Positions 16,957 to 26,184 of a stretch of 64,000 nt of DNA are shown piece by piece (the first letter of the stretch is position 1; each line of letters starts with the position of its first letter). The position numbers were made by a program, and so were the translations under genes. The stretch is taken from positions 13,075-77,074 of the forward strand of contig JACZJB010000104.1 in the NCBI GenBank assembly GCA_014860805.1, in the 5' to 3' direction. Source of the DNA: Anaerolineales bacterium. Lineage in GTDB: Bacteria; Chloroflexota; Anaerolineae; Anaerolineales; Villigracilaceae. Under the pieces are notes generated by a model, which made no database searches, had not been told where the DNA came from, and saw only the letters and a list, made by a program, of their open reading frames with translations.

Positions 16957-17012
16957 TACAGCACTAGATACAGGCATTAGGGTTAAAGTTTGCTCAGCAA
17001 AGCATACCAAGC

Positions 17013-17038
17013 AAAACGCCTCTTTCGAGGCGTTTTGT
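17013..17038. terminator. bidirectional terminator (GNAT / malQ)
   Basis: AAAACGCCTC-TTTC-GAGGCGTTTT. Confidence 0.7.
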
Positions 17039-18543
17039 TATCTTTTTGACAGCCAATTCACATCTCTCAAACCTGCCGCATAATCTTCGCGCAAATCGTT
17101 TTCACTCATGCGCCATTCCCAATTGCCGCCCAGTTTGCTGGGGAAATTCATACGCGCTTCCCCGCCCAGACTAAGCACATCCTGCATGGGAGTAATCGCA
17201 AAAACCGCAACAGACTTCCAGACAGCGCGAATCAGATCCCAGGCGAAGTCGCGACCATCCACGCCAAGATAACGATGAGCAAAGTCACGTTCGTGGTCGG
17301 GAGCGGACGCATGCCAACCCACGGCCGTATTATTATCATGCGTCCCAGTGTATGCCACACAATTGGGAATGTAATTATGCGGCAGGAAGGGGTTGTCCGG
17401 CCCTGTAAAACCAAATTGCAAAACCTTCATACCGGGCAGGTCAAAAGCCTCCAATAACTCAATAACGTCGGGAGTGATAACGCCCAAATCTTCTGCGATG
17501 ATGGGAAGATCTGCGCCGGGCGCAATCAATCCCTCTCCAAGAAATTTTTCCACAACGCGGAACAAATCCTTGCCGGGGCCGGGCACCCAACGTCCGTTTT
17601 CCGCGGTTGTGTTTTCAGCGGGTATCTCGTAATAACCCGCAAAACCACGGAAGTGGTCAAAGCGCAGAATATCCATAAACTTCAGTGATGCGCGCACCCG
17701 TGAAAGCCACCAGGCGTAATTTTCCTTTTTATGCACTTCCCAGTTGTATAACGGGTTGCCCCACAATTGCCCCGTAGTGGAAAATAAATCAGGCGGGACT
17801 CCTGCAACAACGGTCGGGTTGCCGCTTTTATCAAGAAAGAATAAGTCGGGATTCGCCCACACATCCGCAGAGTCATACGCCACAAAGATGGGAATATCGC
17901 CGATGATCTGAATCCCTTTTTCATTTGCATACTTGTGGACTCTATCCCACTGCCTGAAGAAAAGAAATTGATAAAAGGAATAGCGCATGATGCTTTCCGC
18001 CAATTCTTTTCTGGCTTTCGTCATTGCTGTTTTTTTTCTGGAACGCAGCGCTTCGGACCACCCGTTCCATGAGCCGCCGCCATTGGCTTCTTTCAACGCC
18101 ATGAAAAGGGCAAAGTCATCCAGCCAGGCCGCGTTGTCAGCACAGAAATGGTCGAAGGCTTCACGCAAGTGCTCAGGGTTGGTTTGGAAACGGGAAAATG
18201 CCTTTTGCAAAAGATCCAATTTTTTTGGAATGAGCAAGCCGAAGTCCACGCGAGAAGCGGGAAGTTCCTTCAGTTCATTCAGGTCATCCTGAGACACAAG
18301 CCCATCCGCATGCAATTCATCAGGACTTAATAAATAAGGATTTCCAGCGAAAGCGGAAAAACATTGATACGGCGAATCGCCATATCCTGTGGGACCCAAA
18401 GGTAAAATCTGCCAGAGTTTGCAGCCCGTGGACGCGAGCCAATCGACAAAACGAAAAGATTGAGATCCAAGATCGCCAATACCATACGGACCGGGCAAAC
18501 TGGAGGGGTGAAGAAGAATTCCAGAAGAACGTTTAAATGCCAT
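17038..18543 (-). CDS. malQ: 4-alpha-glucanotransferase (amylomaltase)
   Basis: SSGILLHPSSLPGPYGIGDLG, GDSPYQ, GDIPIFV, TGTHDN. Confidence 0.93.
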   Translation of the reverse strand: MAFKRSSGILLHPSSLPGPYGIGDLGSQSFRFVDWLASTGCKLWQILPLGPTGYGDSPYQCFSAFAGNPYLLSPDELHADGLVSQDDLNELKELPASRVDFGLLIPKKLDLLQKAFSRFQTNPEHLREAFDHFCADNAAWLDDFALFMALKEANGGGSWNGWSEALRSRKKTAMTKARKELAESIMRYSFYQFLFFRQWDRVHKYANEKGIQIIGDIPIFVAYDSADVWANPDLFFLDKSGNPTVVAGVPPDLFSTTGQLWGNPLYNWEVHKKENYAWWLSRVRASLKFMDILRFDHFRGFAGYYEIPAENTTAENGRWVPGPGKDLFRVVEKFLGEGLIAPGADLPIIAEDLGVITPDVIELLEAFDLPGMKVLQFGFTGPDNPFLPHNYIPNCVAYTGTHDNNTAVGWHASAPDHERDFAHRYLGVDGRDFAWDLIRAVWKSVAVFAITPMQDVLSLGGEARMNFPSKLGGNWEWRMSENDLREDYAAGLRDVNWLSKR

Positions 18544-18570
18544 GGAGTGATTCCACCTTCAAGAATAGAT

Positions 18571-19992
18571 TTATTTCACAAGCGATTGATACAACTCAAG
18601 ATATTTCCGCGCCGAATTTTCCCATGAGAAATCCTGCGCCATACCCGCAAATTGCATCTTTTGCCATTGTTCATGCTTGGAAAATACTTTAATCCCCGCC
18701 TTGATCGCAGCCATCAAAGACATGTGATGAGCTTTTTCAAAAACAAACCCAGTTTCATTTTGTTTAACCGTATCGTTCAATCCGCCTGCCGCGCGTACAA
18801 TGGGCACGCAGCCGTAGCGCATGGCGATCATTTGGGAAAGTCCGCAAGGCTCATAACGAGACGGCATCAACAGCATATCCGAGCCAGCATAAATCTGGCG
18901 AGCAAGGCCTGCGTCGTAGCGTAACTCAACTTTTATTTTATCTGGGAATAATTCATGCAGGCTGCGAGCCGCTTCTTCAAGCTTCGGGTCGCCTGTTCCA
19001 AGGATGATCGCCTGAAAGTTAACTGACTTCATGCTTTTTAAGGCGGCAAAAGCCAGGTCAACACCTTTTTGCACATCCATGCGTGAGACCATGGCAAGCA
19101 AGGGAATTCCGGGGTCCCGGGCAAAGCCGAGCTTATCCTGCAGCAACCCTTTATTCGCTGTCCGTTTTTCAAGCGTATTAATATCGAAGTTCATTCCCAA
19201 CGCCGCATCATCAGCAGGGTTGAAAGAATCCACATCGATCCCATTCAACACGCCACTGATCGTGTCGCGGCGAAGCTGCAGAAATTCATCCAGCCCGCAG
19301 CCATATTCCTGGGTGAGGATTTCGGTTCCATAGGTCGGAGAAACCGCCACGATTGCATCCGACGCCCACAGACCCAGAGGCAAAGGCATCACACGAGCCC
19401 ATTCAGGAAGATCCGTTTGGGCAAGTTTAATTCCATAATTTTCAACTATTCCGCTTACATCAGGTCCCATAAATGGCAGGTTGTGTAACGTAAGCACGCC
19501 TGCCACGTGACGGGCACCTTCCTCCCAGCGCTTTGACAATGAACCGTAGATACTTAAAGCAGTATGCCAATCATTTGCATGCACAATATCTGCAAACCAG
19601 TTGATTTGTTTTTGCAGCGCCAACGCCGCGAGAGAAAAGAATGAATATTTTTCTGCATCCAGTTTCGCGTCGAGGGAATAAACAGAGCCGTTCGAGCGGA
19701 TCGGATCGCCGTTAATGAAATAGACCGGCATCCCGTTTAGTGTGGTTTCGAACGCTTCCACTCCCACCTCAGAATCGCCGCGCGGCATTGAAAACATCCC
19801 CAGAGGCCTAAGCCCTTCTGCTTTCACTACGGGGTGATACGGCAAAACAAGCCGCACATCAAGTTTTACATCATCATTGGAAAGCGATCGCAACGCACGC
19901 GGAAGAGAACCCGCGACATCACCAAGACCGCCAACTTTCACAAAAGGGTCGGCTTCCGCCGCGAGAAAAAGAACATTTATGGTTTTAGACAT
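18571..19992 (-). CDS. glgA: glycogen synthase (GT5)
   Basis: NVLFLAAEADPFVKVGGLGDV. C-terminal PSRYEPCGL. Confidence 0.93.
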   Translation of the reverse strand: MSKTINVLFLAAEADPFVKVGGLGDVAGSLPRALRSLSNDDVKLDVRLVLPYHPVVKAEGLRPLGMFSMPRGDSEVGVEAFETTLNGMPVYFINGDPIRSNGSVYSLDAKLDAEKYSFFSLAALALQKQINWFADIVHANDWHTALSIYGSLSKRWEEGARHVAGVLTLHNLPFMGPDVSGIVENYGIKLAQTDLPEWARVMPLPLGLWASDAIVAVSPTYGTEILTQEYGCGLDEFLQLRRDTISGVLNGIDVDSFNPADDAALGMNFDINTLEKRTANKGLLQDKLGFARDPGIPLLAMVSRMDVQKGVDLAFAALKSMKSVNFQAIILGTGDPKLEEAARSLHELFPDKIKVELRYDAGLARQIYAGSDMLLMPSRYEPCGLSQMIAMRYGCVPIVRAAGGLNDTVKQNETGFVFEKAHHMSLMAAIKAGIKVFSKHEQWQKMQFAGMAQDFSWENSARKYLELYQSLVK

Positions 19993-20060
19993 GGATGCTA
20001 TTTTACTATGAGAAAAGCATTATTTTTCATTTAACTTTCCATAAACAGATGGGCATGGAC

Positions 20061-20093
20061 AAAAAAAGAGTCTCCCAGATTGGGAGACTCTTT
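20061..20093 (-). terminator. intrinsic terminator after tRNA-His
   Basis: AGAGTCTCCCA-GAT-TGGGAGACTCT followed by a T-run on the minus strand. Confidence 0.75.
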
Positions 20094-20094
20094 T

Positions 20095-20168
20095 GGGTGC
20101 CTGAAGGGTTTCGAACCCTCAACATCTACAGCCACAGTGTAGCGCTCTGCCGTTGAGCTACAGGCACC
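20095..20168 (-). tRNA. tRNA-His (anticodon GTG) with encoded G-1
   Basis: Manual cloverleaf: G(-1)+GTGCCTG acceptor, GCTC/GAGC D-stem, CTACA-CTGTGGC-TGTAG anticodon arm, GAGGG-TTCGAAA-CCCTT T-arm. Confidence 0.9.
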
Positions 20169-20199
20169 ATGCTTCAAACGGTCATCATTTTACCACAAA

Positions 20200-20664
20200 T
20201 TATTTCAACTTCAACTCGGCGACCGTCTCCCCATCATCCACTTCTCCCGTCTCAATGAACCCCAGGCTGGCGTATAGTTTTCGCGCCGTTTCATTCTCAG
20301 GTTCATAGCTAATACCCACTGTGCGGATGCGGTCATCAGCCTGAAAAATCTCAAGCATTTTCTTCATCCCAAAGCGACCATACCCCTTGCCTTGATGGTT
20401 TTCGTCTACCATCAAGCGGATAATAAACGCCTGATGCCTTGGGTGATCGAACTTATACGCATACATCAAAAAACCAACCGGCTGATCGCCATCGTATATA
20501 CCGTACGGAAACAAATCCCACCAATGACCTTCATATTCGTCGCCGAACTGCGAGTGTGCAATGGAATACAAATTGGAAGCAACAAAACCCTTCTGATCAT
20601 CCCGCACTTTTAGTCCGATCAAAGCCTCCCAATTCTCCTTTGTAACGGGACGAATCTCAGGCAT
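20200..20664 (-). CDS. GNAT family N-acetyltransferase
   Basis: Motif A: HQGKGYGRFGMKKML. Confidence 0.8.
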   Translation of the reverse strand: MPEIRPVTKENWEALIGLKVRDDQKGFVASNLYSIAHSQFGDEYEGHWWDLFPYGIYDGDQPVGFLMYAYKFDHPRHQAFIIRLMVDENHQGKGYGRFGMKKMLEIFQADDRIRTVGISYEPENETARKLYASLGFIETGEVDDGETVAELKLK

Positions 20665-21934
20665 TCAACATCTCTTTGATGGTATTCACCACCGCGCCTC
20701 GCTCGACGACAACTTGCTGGCCGCTTACGAGATTTTTTATCGCCACTTGATCATTCGCCACTTCGTCGGGACCAATTGTAAGAACGATCTTGAGCTTCAT
20801 TTTGTCCGCAAACTTGAATTGCTTTTGCAGTTTGGCGGGTTCAGGGAAAACCATGGCATCAAGCCCTTCACGGCGCAGTTGCGCAGCCATTTCAAAAGAT
20901 TTCAACCACATGGATTCATCGAACACAGTCACCAATACAGAGGCAGATGTCGGGACGAATTCAGGTACAAGGCCGTTCTCCTGCAAAATGATGCCAGCCA
21001 CCACGTCGCCCATTGCAAAGCCAACGCCAGATAAGGGTTGTCCGCCTACATCTGATAACAGGTTATCATACCGTCCGCCGCCAAGGATGGCACGCTTCAA
21101 AGAGCCGCTTGTCTCAAACGCCTCAAACACTGTGCCTGTGTAATACAAGAGCCCGCGCATGATGTTGGGATCAAACTTAACGTAATCTTTTACGCCCAAG
21201 GCTTCCAACGCCGCGAAGAGACGAGTCAACTCATCGCTTTTCTTCCATAAGTTAAAGTTACCAAGAACTTCTTTTAAGCCGTCAACTTGCACTTGGGTTA
21301 ATCCCAATTCAAGAGCATAAGATTCCCATTTGGACGGCTCCATCTTGGAACGGCGGTCTACGAGATTGGAAACATCCAGCCGCTTTTCTGGGACAATACC
21401 CAGCGCATCGAATTCAGAATCCATCAAGCGGCGATTGTTTACATAGATGGCTGCCCGCTCCGGGTTAAGTCCGACCGAACGCAGGAATGTTGCAGCGACA
21501 GCGATCAACTCGGCATCCGCCTCTGGTGAATTGACCCCGAGCATATCAATATTCCATTGGAAGAATTCGCGTGAACGTCCCTTTTGCGGCTGCTCATATC
21601 TCCAGAAGGGTCCAAACGACCACCAACGGACGGGGAAATTTAACTCGCCTTGTTTTGCGGCAATCATGCGAGCAAGGCTTGGGGTAAGCTCGGGGCGAAG
21701 GGTAACAAAATCTCCCCCGCGATCTTGAAATGTGAAAGACTGTTTCTTGACCAGTTCCTCGCCAGATTTTGCCGCATACAGGTCGATGGTCTCGATGAAA
21801 GGAGCATCCCATTCCTGGTACCCAAACGCCTGAGACGCCGCGCGCACTTTTTCATAAATGAAATTACGCAGGAACATTTGCTCCGGATAAAATTCTCTTG
21901 TGCCTTTTACAGATTGTATTTTGCTCGCCATCAT
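20657..21934 (-). CDS. hisS: histidine--tRNA ligase
   Basis: KGTREFYPEQM, FVTLRPELT, FRYEQPQKGRSREF, GGGRYD. The start is ambiguous (ATG at 21934 or 21931). Confidence 0.9.
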   Translation of the reverse strand: MMASKIQSVKGTREFYPEQMFLRNFIYEKVRAASQAFGYQEWDAPFIETIDLYAAKSGEELVKKQSFTFQDRGGDFVTLRPELTPSLARMIAAKQGELNFPVRWWSFGPFWRYEQPQKGRSREFFQWNIDMLGVNSPEADAELIAVAATFLRSVGLNPERAAIYVNNRRLMDSEFDALGIVPEKRLDVSNLVDRRSKMEPSKWESYALELGLTQVQVDGLKEVLGNFNLWKKSDELTRLFAALEALGVKDYVKFDPNIMRGLLYYTGTVFEAFETSGSLKRAILGGGRYDNLLSDVGGQPLSGVGFAMGDVVAGIILQENGLVPEFVPTSASVLVTVFDESMWLKSFEMAAQLRREGLDAMVFPEPAKLQKQFKFADKMKLKIVLTIGPDEVANDQVAIKNLVSGQQVVVERGAVVNTIKEMLNA

Positions 21935-22008
21935 GACTCCGTGCGCGAATTTTATCACGGCTTTGGAGTAGGTCATCAAAATTCAGTCGGTGAATTTTGA
22001 TTTGATTT

Positions 22009-22017
22009 TGGTATAAT
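22009..22017 (+). promoter_or_regulatory. extended -10 element (TGGTATAAT) upstream of the methyltransferase gene
   Basis: Sequence match only, 29 bp upstream of ATG 22046. Confidence 0.4.
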
Positions 22018-22045
22018 CACACTATTACTTTTCAAGGAGAGAGAC

Positions 22046-22846
22046 ATGAAAATTGATTATCAGGAACCCAGCAAAGATTTATTGATGCGAATCGACATAC
22101 ACGAGAAATACGGCTCTGCCAATATCGATGTTTGGACAAATGACCTGCTTAAACCCCAGCCAGGCATGAAAATTTTAGACGTAGGCTGCGGCGCTGGCAA
22201 GCTGAGCTTCCTCTTTAACGAATACACCAAAGGCGGCGCGCAGATCACTGGCGGCGATTTCTCTGAGGAGCTGCTCGACAAGGCTCGCGCAAAGAATAAG
22301 GAAGTTGGCGCAAACATTGATTTCCAATTTTTGGATTTCAACCAGCCTTTCAAATTTGCTGACAACACCTTTGATCTTTGTACAAGTGCATTCGCCATCT
22401 ATTACGCTTCCGATCTGGACTTTACATTTGGTGAAGCACACCGTGTGCTCAAATCTGGCGGACGGCTCTTCGTCTCAGGCCCATTGCCTGAAAACAAGCA
22501 GATGTTCTACGAGATCATCAAGGAAGCGACCGGCGCACCCATCCCGCCCATGCCCGGTTCTTCGCGCTTCAAAGGCGACATCTTCAACACCATCGACAAA
22601 ATCTTCGCCAAGACCGAATTGCACAAATTCGAGAACCATCTGACCTTCCCCGAGGTATCGCCGTTCATTGACTACGTCCGCGCCTCGCTTGGCGAAGACC
22701 GCAGACTTTGGACATCCATGTTCAATGGCAAGGATGAATACGAAGCCTTGATCGGCAAGATCGAAGCCGTGGCAAAGAAATGGTTTGACCGCGACGGCAA
22801 ACTGGTGATGACCAAAGTCGTCGGTGGAATTTTGGCAACGAAATAA
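22046..22846 (+). CDS. class I SAM-dependent methyltransferase
   Basis: ILDVGCGAGK motif I. RBS AAGGAGAG. Confidence 0.8.
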   Translation: MKIDYQEPSKDLLMRIDIHEKYGSANIDVWTNDLLKPQPGMKILDVGCGAGKLSFLFNEYTKGGAQITGGDFSEELLDKARAKNKEVGANIDFQFLDFNQPFKFADNTFDLCTSAFAIYYASDLDFTFGEAHRVLKSGGRLFVSGPLPENKQMFYEIIKEATGAPIPPMPGSSRFKGDIFNTIDKIFAKTELHKFENHLTFPEVSPFIDYVRASLGEDRRLWTSMFNGKDEYEALIGKIEAVAKKWFDRDGKLVMTKVVGGILATK

Positions 22847-22900
22847 AGAGGCTTTGTCGTTGCGAGGCAAAAACCACCCCCGCGACGGCATTATCACATC

Positions 22901-23533
22901 ATGAATTTCTTCGGCAAAAAACTCCTTTTCCTCGGCGCACATCCGGACGATATTGAAATCGGCTGTGGAGCATTCCTGCACCATATCGTCAAAAAAACGG
23001 ACGTCTTGTGCGTCACGCTTTCCGATAACCAGAAAAACCCAGACTTGCTGCATGTCAAAGGCGAGCACCTCAAGTCTATGAAGGTGCTGGGAGTGCCTGA
23101 AGAAAAGATCATGTTCGGGCCTTTCAGCACACGCGTGTTCCCCGACTCGCGGCAGGATATTCTCGAATATTTCCTCAAACTTCGCAAAGACTTCAACCCC
23201 GACCTGATCTTCACTCATTCCAAGCAAGACGTCCACCAGGACCACAATACAATGACCGATGAAGCCCTGCGCGCCTTTCGCGGTATCACTGTGCTGGGCT
23301 TTGACGTTGTACGTTCGTCCTACGGTTTCTTTCCCCACTTTCTTGTGGAAGTCACAGAAGAAGATGTGAACAAGAAGATCGAAGCATTGGCGCAATACAA
23401 AACCTATCAGGATCGCTATTATTTCAACAGCGAACTGACCCGCTCCATCATGGTGCGCCACGGAGCTCTTGCGGAACGTCCATTTGCTGAGGGGTTTGAT
23501 ATTTTGAGAATCGTGGGAGCATTCAGCGCATAA
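22901..23533 (+). CDS. PIG-L/LmbE-family deacetylase
   Basis: LLFLGAHPDDIEIGCGA ... HQDHN. Confidence 0.8.
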   Translation: MNFFGKKLLFLGAHPDDIEIGCGAFLHHIVKKTDVLCVTLSDNQKNPDLLHVKGEHLKSMKVLGVPEEKIMFGPFSTRVFPDSRQDILEYFLKLRKDFNPDLIFTHSKQDVHQDHNTMTDEALRAFRGITVLGFDVVRSSYGFFPHFLVEVTEEDVNKKIEALAQYKTYQDRYYFNSELTRSIMVRHGALAERPFAEGFDILRIVGAFSA

Positions 23534-23550
23534 AACAGAAAGAGACGGCC

Positions 23551-24060
23551 ATGGAATTCAAAATGCTGTACAAGGGACTCACTCAAAGCACGGAAATAAT
23601 TCGGGCTTTGCTGACAGGCATCAGCGCGGAAGAGGCGAAGATGAAGCCATCCAAAGGGACATGGTCCGTTCTCGAAGTGACCTGTCACCTGTACGATGAA
23701 GAACGCGAAGATTTTCGCGAGCATTTGGATTTCATCTTGCATCGCCAAAACGAAGAATGGCATCCCATCGCTCCACAGGCATGGGTGAAGTTGCGAAAGT
23801 ACAACGAACAGGATTTTGGAAGAATGAAAGCGAAGTTCTTTCATGAGCGGATAAAGTCGCTGACGTGGCTGAAAGAATTGAAAAACGCAGATTGGAATAT
23901 TATCTACAAGTCAAAGTTCGGCTCAATGCGCGCTGGTGATATGCTCGCCTCGTGGGCGGCGCATGATAATCTGCATATCCGCCAATTGGTGGAGCTGCAA
24001 AGGTGGCACATTGAACGGAGCAGCAAGCCATTTAAAATCCGTTACGCGGGTGAGTGGTAA
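23551..24060 (+). CDS. DinB-family protein
   Basis: WSVLEVTCHLYDEE ... AHDNLHIRQL. The histidine pattern fits DinB_2. Confidence 0.7.
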   Translation: MEFKMLYKGLTQSTEIIRALLTGISAEEAKMKPSKGTWSVLEVTCHLYDEEREDFREHLDFILHRQNEEWHPIAPQAWVKLRKYNEQDFGRMKAKFFHERIKSLTWLKELKNADWNIIYKSKFGSMRAGDMLASWAAHDNLHIRQLVELQRWHIERSSKPFKIRYAGEW

Positions 24061-24062
24061 AT

Positions 24063-24098
24063 AAAAAGAGCAATTGCTGACAGCAATTGCTCTTTTTA
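24063..24098. terminator. bidirectional terminator (DinB / Rieske)
   Basis: AGAGCAATTGC-TGACA-GCAATTGCTCT flanked by A and T runs. Confidence 0.75.
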
Positions 24099-24112
24099 TT
24101 TCAATGCCCGAT

Positions 24113-24472
24113 CTATTCCTTAGGCACCCCTACAAAAATAATCCCGTCACGCACCTGCACAGGATAGGCAGGGATATCCACTACCGCGGGCATTTGCACC
24201 GCCTGTCCGCTGCGGATGTCAAACTCTGCGCCGTGTCGGGGGCAAACAACATTGAAACCTTCGATCATCCCATCTCCCAGCGGACCGTCATCATGCGTGC
24301 AAACATCACCAATTGCATAGAGTTGTCCGGCGATGTTGAAGATAACAATCGGCTGATCGCCAAGGTCAACGAATAATCGCTCCCCGCTCGGCAATTCGGA
24401 TGCAGGGGCGATTTCTGCAAATTCAACTTTGGATTCATCGTAGTTTGTGTAATTGAACATAAGGATTCCCAT
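24113..24472 (-). CDS. Rieske [2Fe-2S] ferredoxin, last gene of the SUF cluster
   Basis: CTHDDGPL ... CPRHGAEF. Confidence 0.85.
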   Translation of the reverse strand: MGILMFNYTNYDESKVEFAEIAPASELPSGERLFVDLGDQPIVIFNIAGQLYAIGDVCTHDDGPLGDGMIEGFNVVCPRHGAEFDIRSGQAVQMPAVVDIPAYPVQVRDGIIFVGVPKE

Positions 24473-24492
24473 CCAAGATCACGACCCGGGCG

Positions 24493-24888
24493 TTATTCCA
24501 CCAGCGAGTCGCTAGCCTCTCCCAACCCATAGACACCTGCCTTCAAAACTTTCAAAGAAAGCAAAGCACATTTCAGGCGCACAGGACCCAGGTCAATTCC
24601 GAGCAATTCAAGGACAGAGTCCTTGTTAAGTTTCTTCACTTCTTCGAGCGGCTTGCCAATGATGGATTCCATCAATAAATCTGCGGAAGCCTGAGAGATG
24701 GCGCAGCCGTGACCGTCAAACAGGGCTTCGGTCACAACGCCGCCGCTGTCTACACGCAGGTCAATTTGGATGTGGTCGCCGCACAACGGGTTATTGTCCG
24801 CAAAGGAAATATCGTGCGGATCAAGTTTTCCGCGATAAGATGGGTTTTTATAATGCTCAATGATAACTTCGCGATAGAGATCGTCCAT
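24493..24888 (-). CDS. sufU: SufU/IscU-like Fe-S scaffold / sulfur acceptor
   Basis: YKNPSYRG, NPLCGD, GHGCAIS, LKCALL. Confidence 0.85.
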   Translation of the reverse strand: MDDLYREVIIEHYKNPSYRGKLDPHDISFADNNPLCGDHIQIDLRVDSGGVVTEALFDGHGCAISQASADLLMESIIGKPLEEVKKLNKDSVLELLGIDLGPVRLKCALLSLKVLKAGVYGLGEASDSLVE

Positions 24889-24890
24889 AA

Positions 24891-26117
24891 TTATCCAAAC
24901 ATTTCTTTAACTTTATAGATGCCGCTCACCAGAAGGTCAACTTCTTCTTTTGTATTATACAAATAGAAAGAGGCGCGGCTCGTGGCAGGGATGCCGAATT
25001 TTTCATGCAGAGGCTGCGCGCAGTGATGACCAGCCCGCACCGCAATTCCATCCTGGTCGAGAATTTGCGCCACATCATGCGGATGCACACCTTCAAGAGT
25101 GAACGCAGCTACTCCGCCTTTTTTATCAGCAGACGGACCAAACAATTTCACGCCGGGGATTTCTTCCAAACGATCCAACGCGTACTCGGTGACTTCATGC
25201 TCGTGCGCAGCGATTCTTTCCATGCCGACAGCTGAAAGGTAATCTATGGCAGCACCAAACCCGACAGCTTCGGCGATGGCAGGAGTTCCTGCTTCAAATT
25301 TATGCGGCAATGTGTTCGGACGGAAAGAGCGTAGCTTTACTTCCTTGATCATATCGCCGCCGCCTAAAAACGGGGGCATGGATTCGAGCAAGGCTGTCTT
25401 TCCGTATAATGCGCCAATGCCGGTTGGTCCGCACATTTTGTGAGCAGAGAAGGCATAGAAGTCCGCGTCAAGAGTTTGCACATCCACCTTGAGATGCGGC
25501 ACGGACTGTGCCCCATCCACAAGGACAATTGCGCCAACTTCATGTCCCATGCGTATGATCTCAGCAGCAGGGTTGATCGTGCCGAGGACGTTGGACATGT
25601 GCGTAAACGAGATCAGTTTCGGGCGGCGGTCAAGAAGCGTTTTATACGTTTCCAGATCGAGCAAGCCATCCTCCGTCACAGGGATGAATTCCAGCTCGAT
25701 CCCCCGTTCCGCCTGCAGCATATGCCAGGGAACGAGGTTGCTGTGATGCTCCATCTCCGTCAAAATGACGAGGTCGCCCGTTTTCAAGTTTGCGCGCGCC
25801 CAGGAATAAGCAATGAGATTTATCGACTCGGTCGTATTCCGCGTATAAATAACTTCACGCGAAGATGATGCATTGATGAACTTGGCGATCTTTTCGCGAG
25901 CACTTTCATACATGGAAGTGGCTTCTTCAGCAAGGGTATGCACGCCGCGATGGATGTTCGCATTTGAACGGCGATAATAATCGTTCATCGCCTCAATGAC
26001 CTGCACGGGCTTTTGCGAAGTAGCCGTGGAATCCAAATAGGTCACGCGCACGCCGGGGCGTGTTTCACGCTCAAGGATCGGAAAGTCTTTGCGGATTTTT
26101 TCTATATCGAGAGTCAT
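24891..26117 (-). CDS. sufS: cysteine desulfurase, SufS type
   Basis: MTLDIEKIRKDFPIL, SAHKMCGPTGIG, RAGHHCAQP. ATG at 26117 chosen. Confidence 0.92.
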   Translation of the reverse strand: MTLDIEKIRKDFPILERETRPGVRVTYLDSTATSQKPVQVIEAMNDYYRRSNANIHRGVHTLAEEATSMYESAREKIAKFINASSSREVIYTRNTTESINLIAYSWARANLKTGDLVILTEMEHHSNLVPWHMLQAERGIELEFIPVTEDGLLDLETYKTLLDRRPKLISFTHMSNVLGTINPAAEIIRMGHEVGAIVLVDGAQSVPHLKVDVQTLDADFYAFSAHKMCGPTGIGALYGKTALLESMPPFLGGGDMIKEVKLRSFRPNTLPHKFEAGTPAIAEAVGFGAAIDYLSAVGMERIAAHEHEVTEYALDRLEEIPGVKLFGPSADKKGGVAAFTLEGVHPHDVAQILDQDGIAVRAGHHCAQPLHEKFGIPATSRASFYLYNTKEEVDLLVSGIYKVKEMFG

Positions 26118-26184
26118 GGAGAAAATACAACTGACGACAAACCGATGCGGTTTATTTACGTATCTGCCCGCCGCCAATCACTTT

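Larger units (their letters stand above)
7923..17004 (+). mobile_element. integron-like gene-cassette array without an integrase in the window (CALIN type); 7 putative cassettes
   Basis: All ORFs are co-oriented, unrelated and compact in a visibly AT-richer block. attC-like elements bounded by RYYYAAC...GTTRRRY lie 3' of the ORFs. A lone GTTGGGC core sits at 7923-7929 on the left, and a decayed GCTCAGCAAAGCA at 16992-17004 on the right. Confidence 0.55.

Noticed and set aside
21935-22045. T-box or other leader upstream of hisS
   Set aside because: The upstream region is only about 110 bp and is shared with a divergent promoter. That is too short for a T-box, and no specifier or T-box sequence was seen.
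22475-23461. 328-aa ORF on the minus strand
   Set aside because: It is antisense to the methyltransferase and PIG-L genes, which both have clear motifs and RBSs. It has no motifs of its own.
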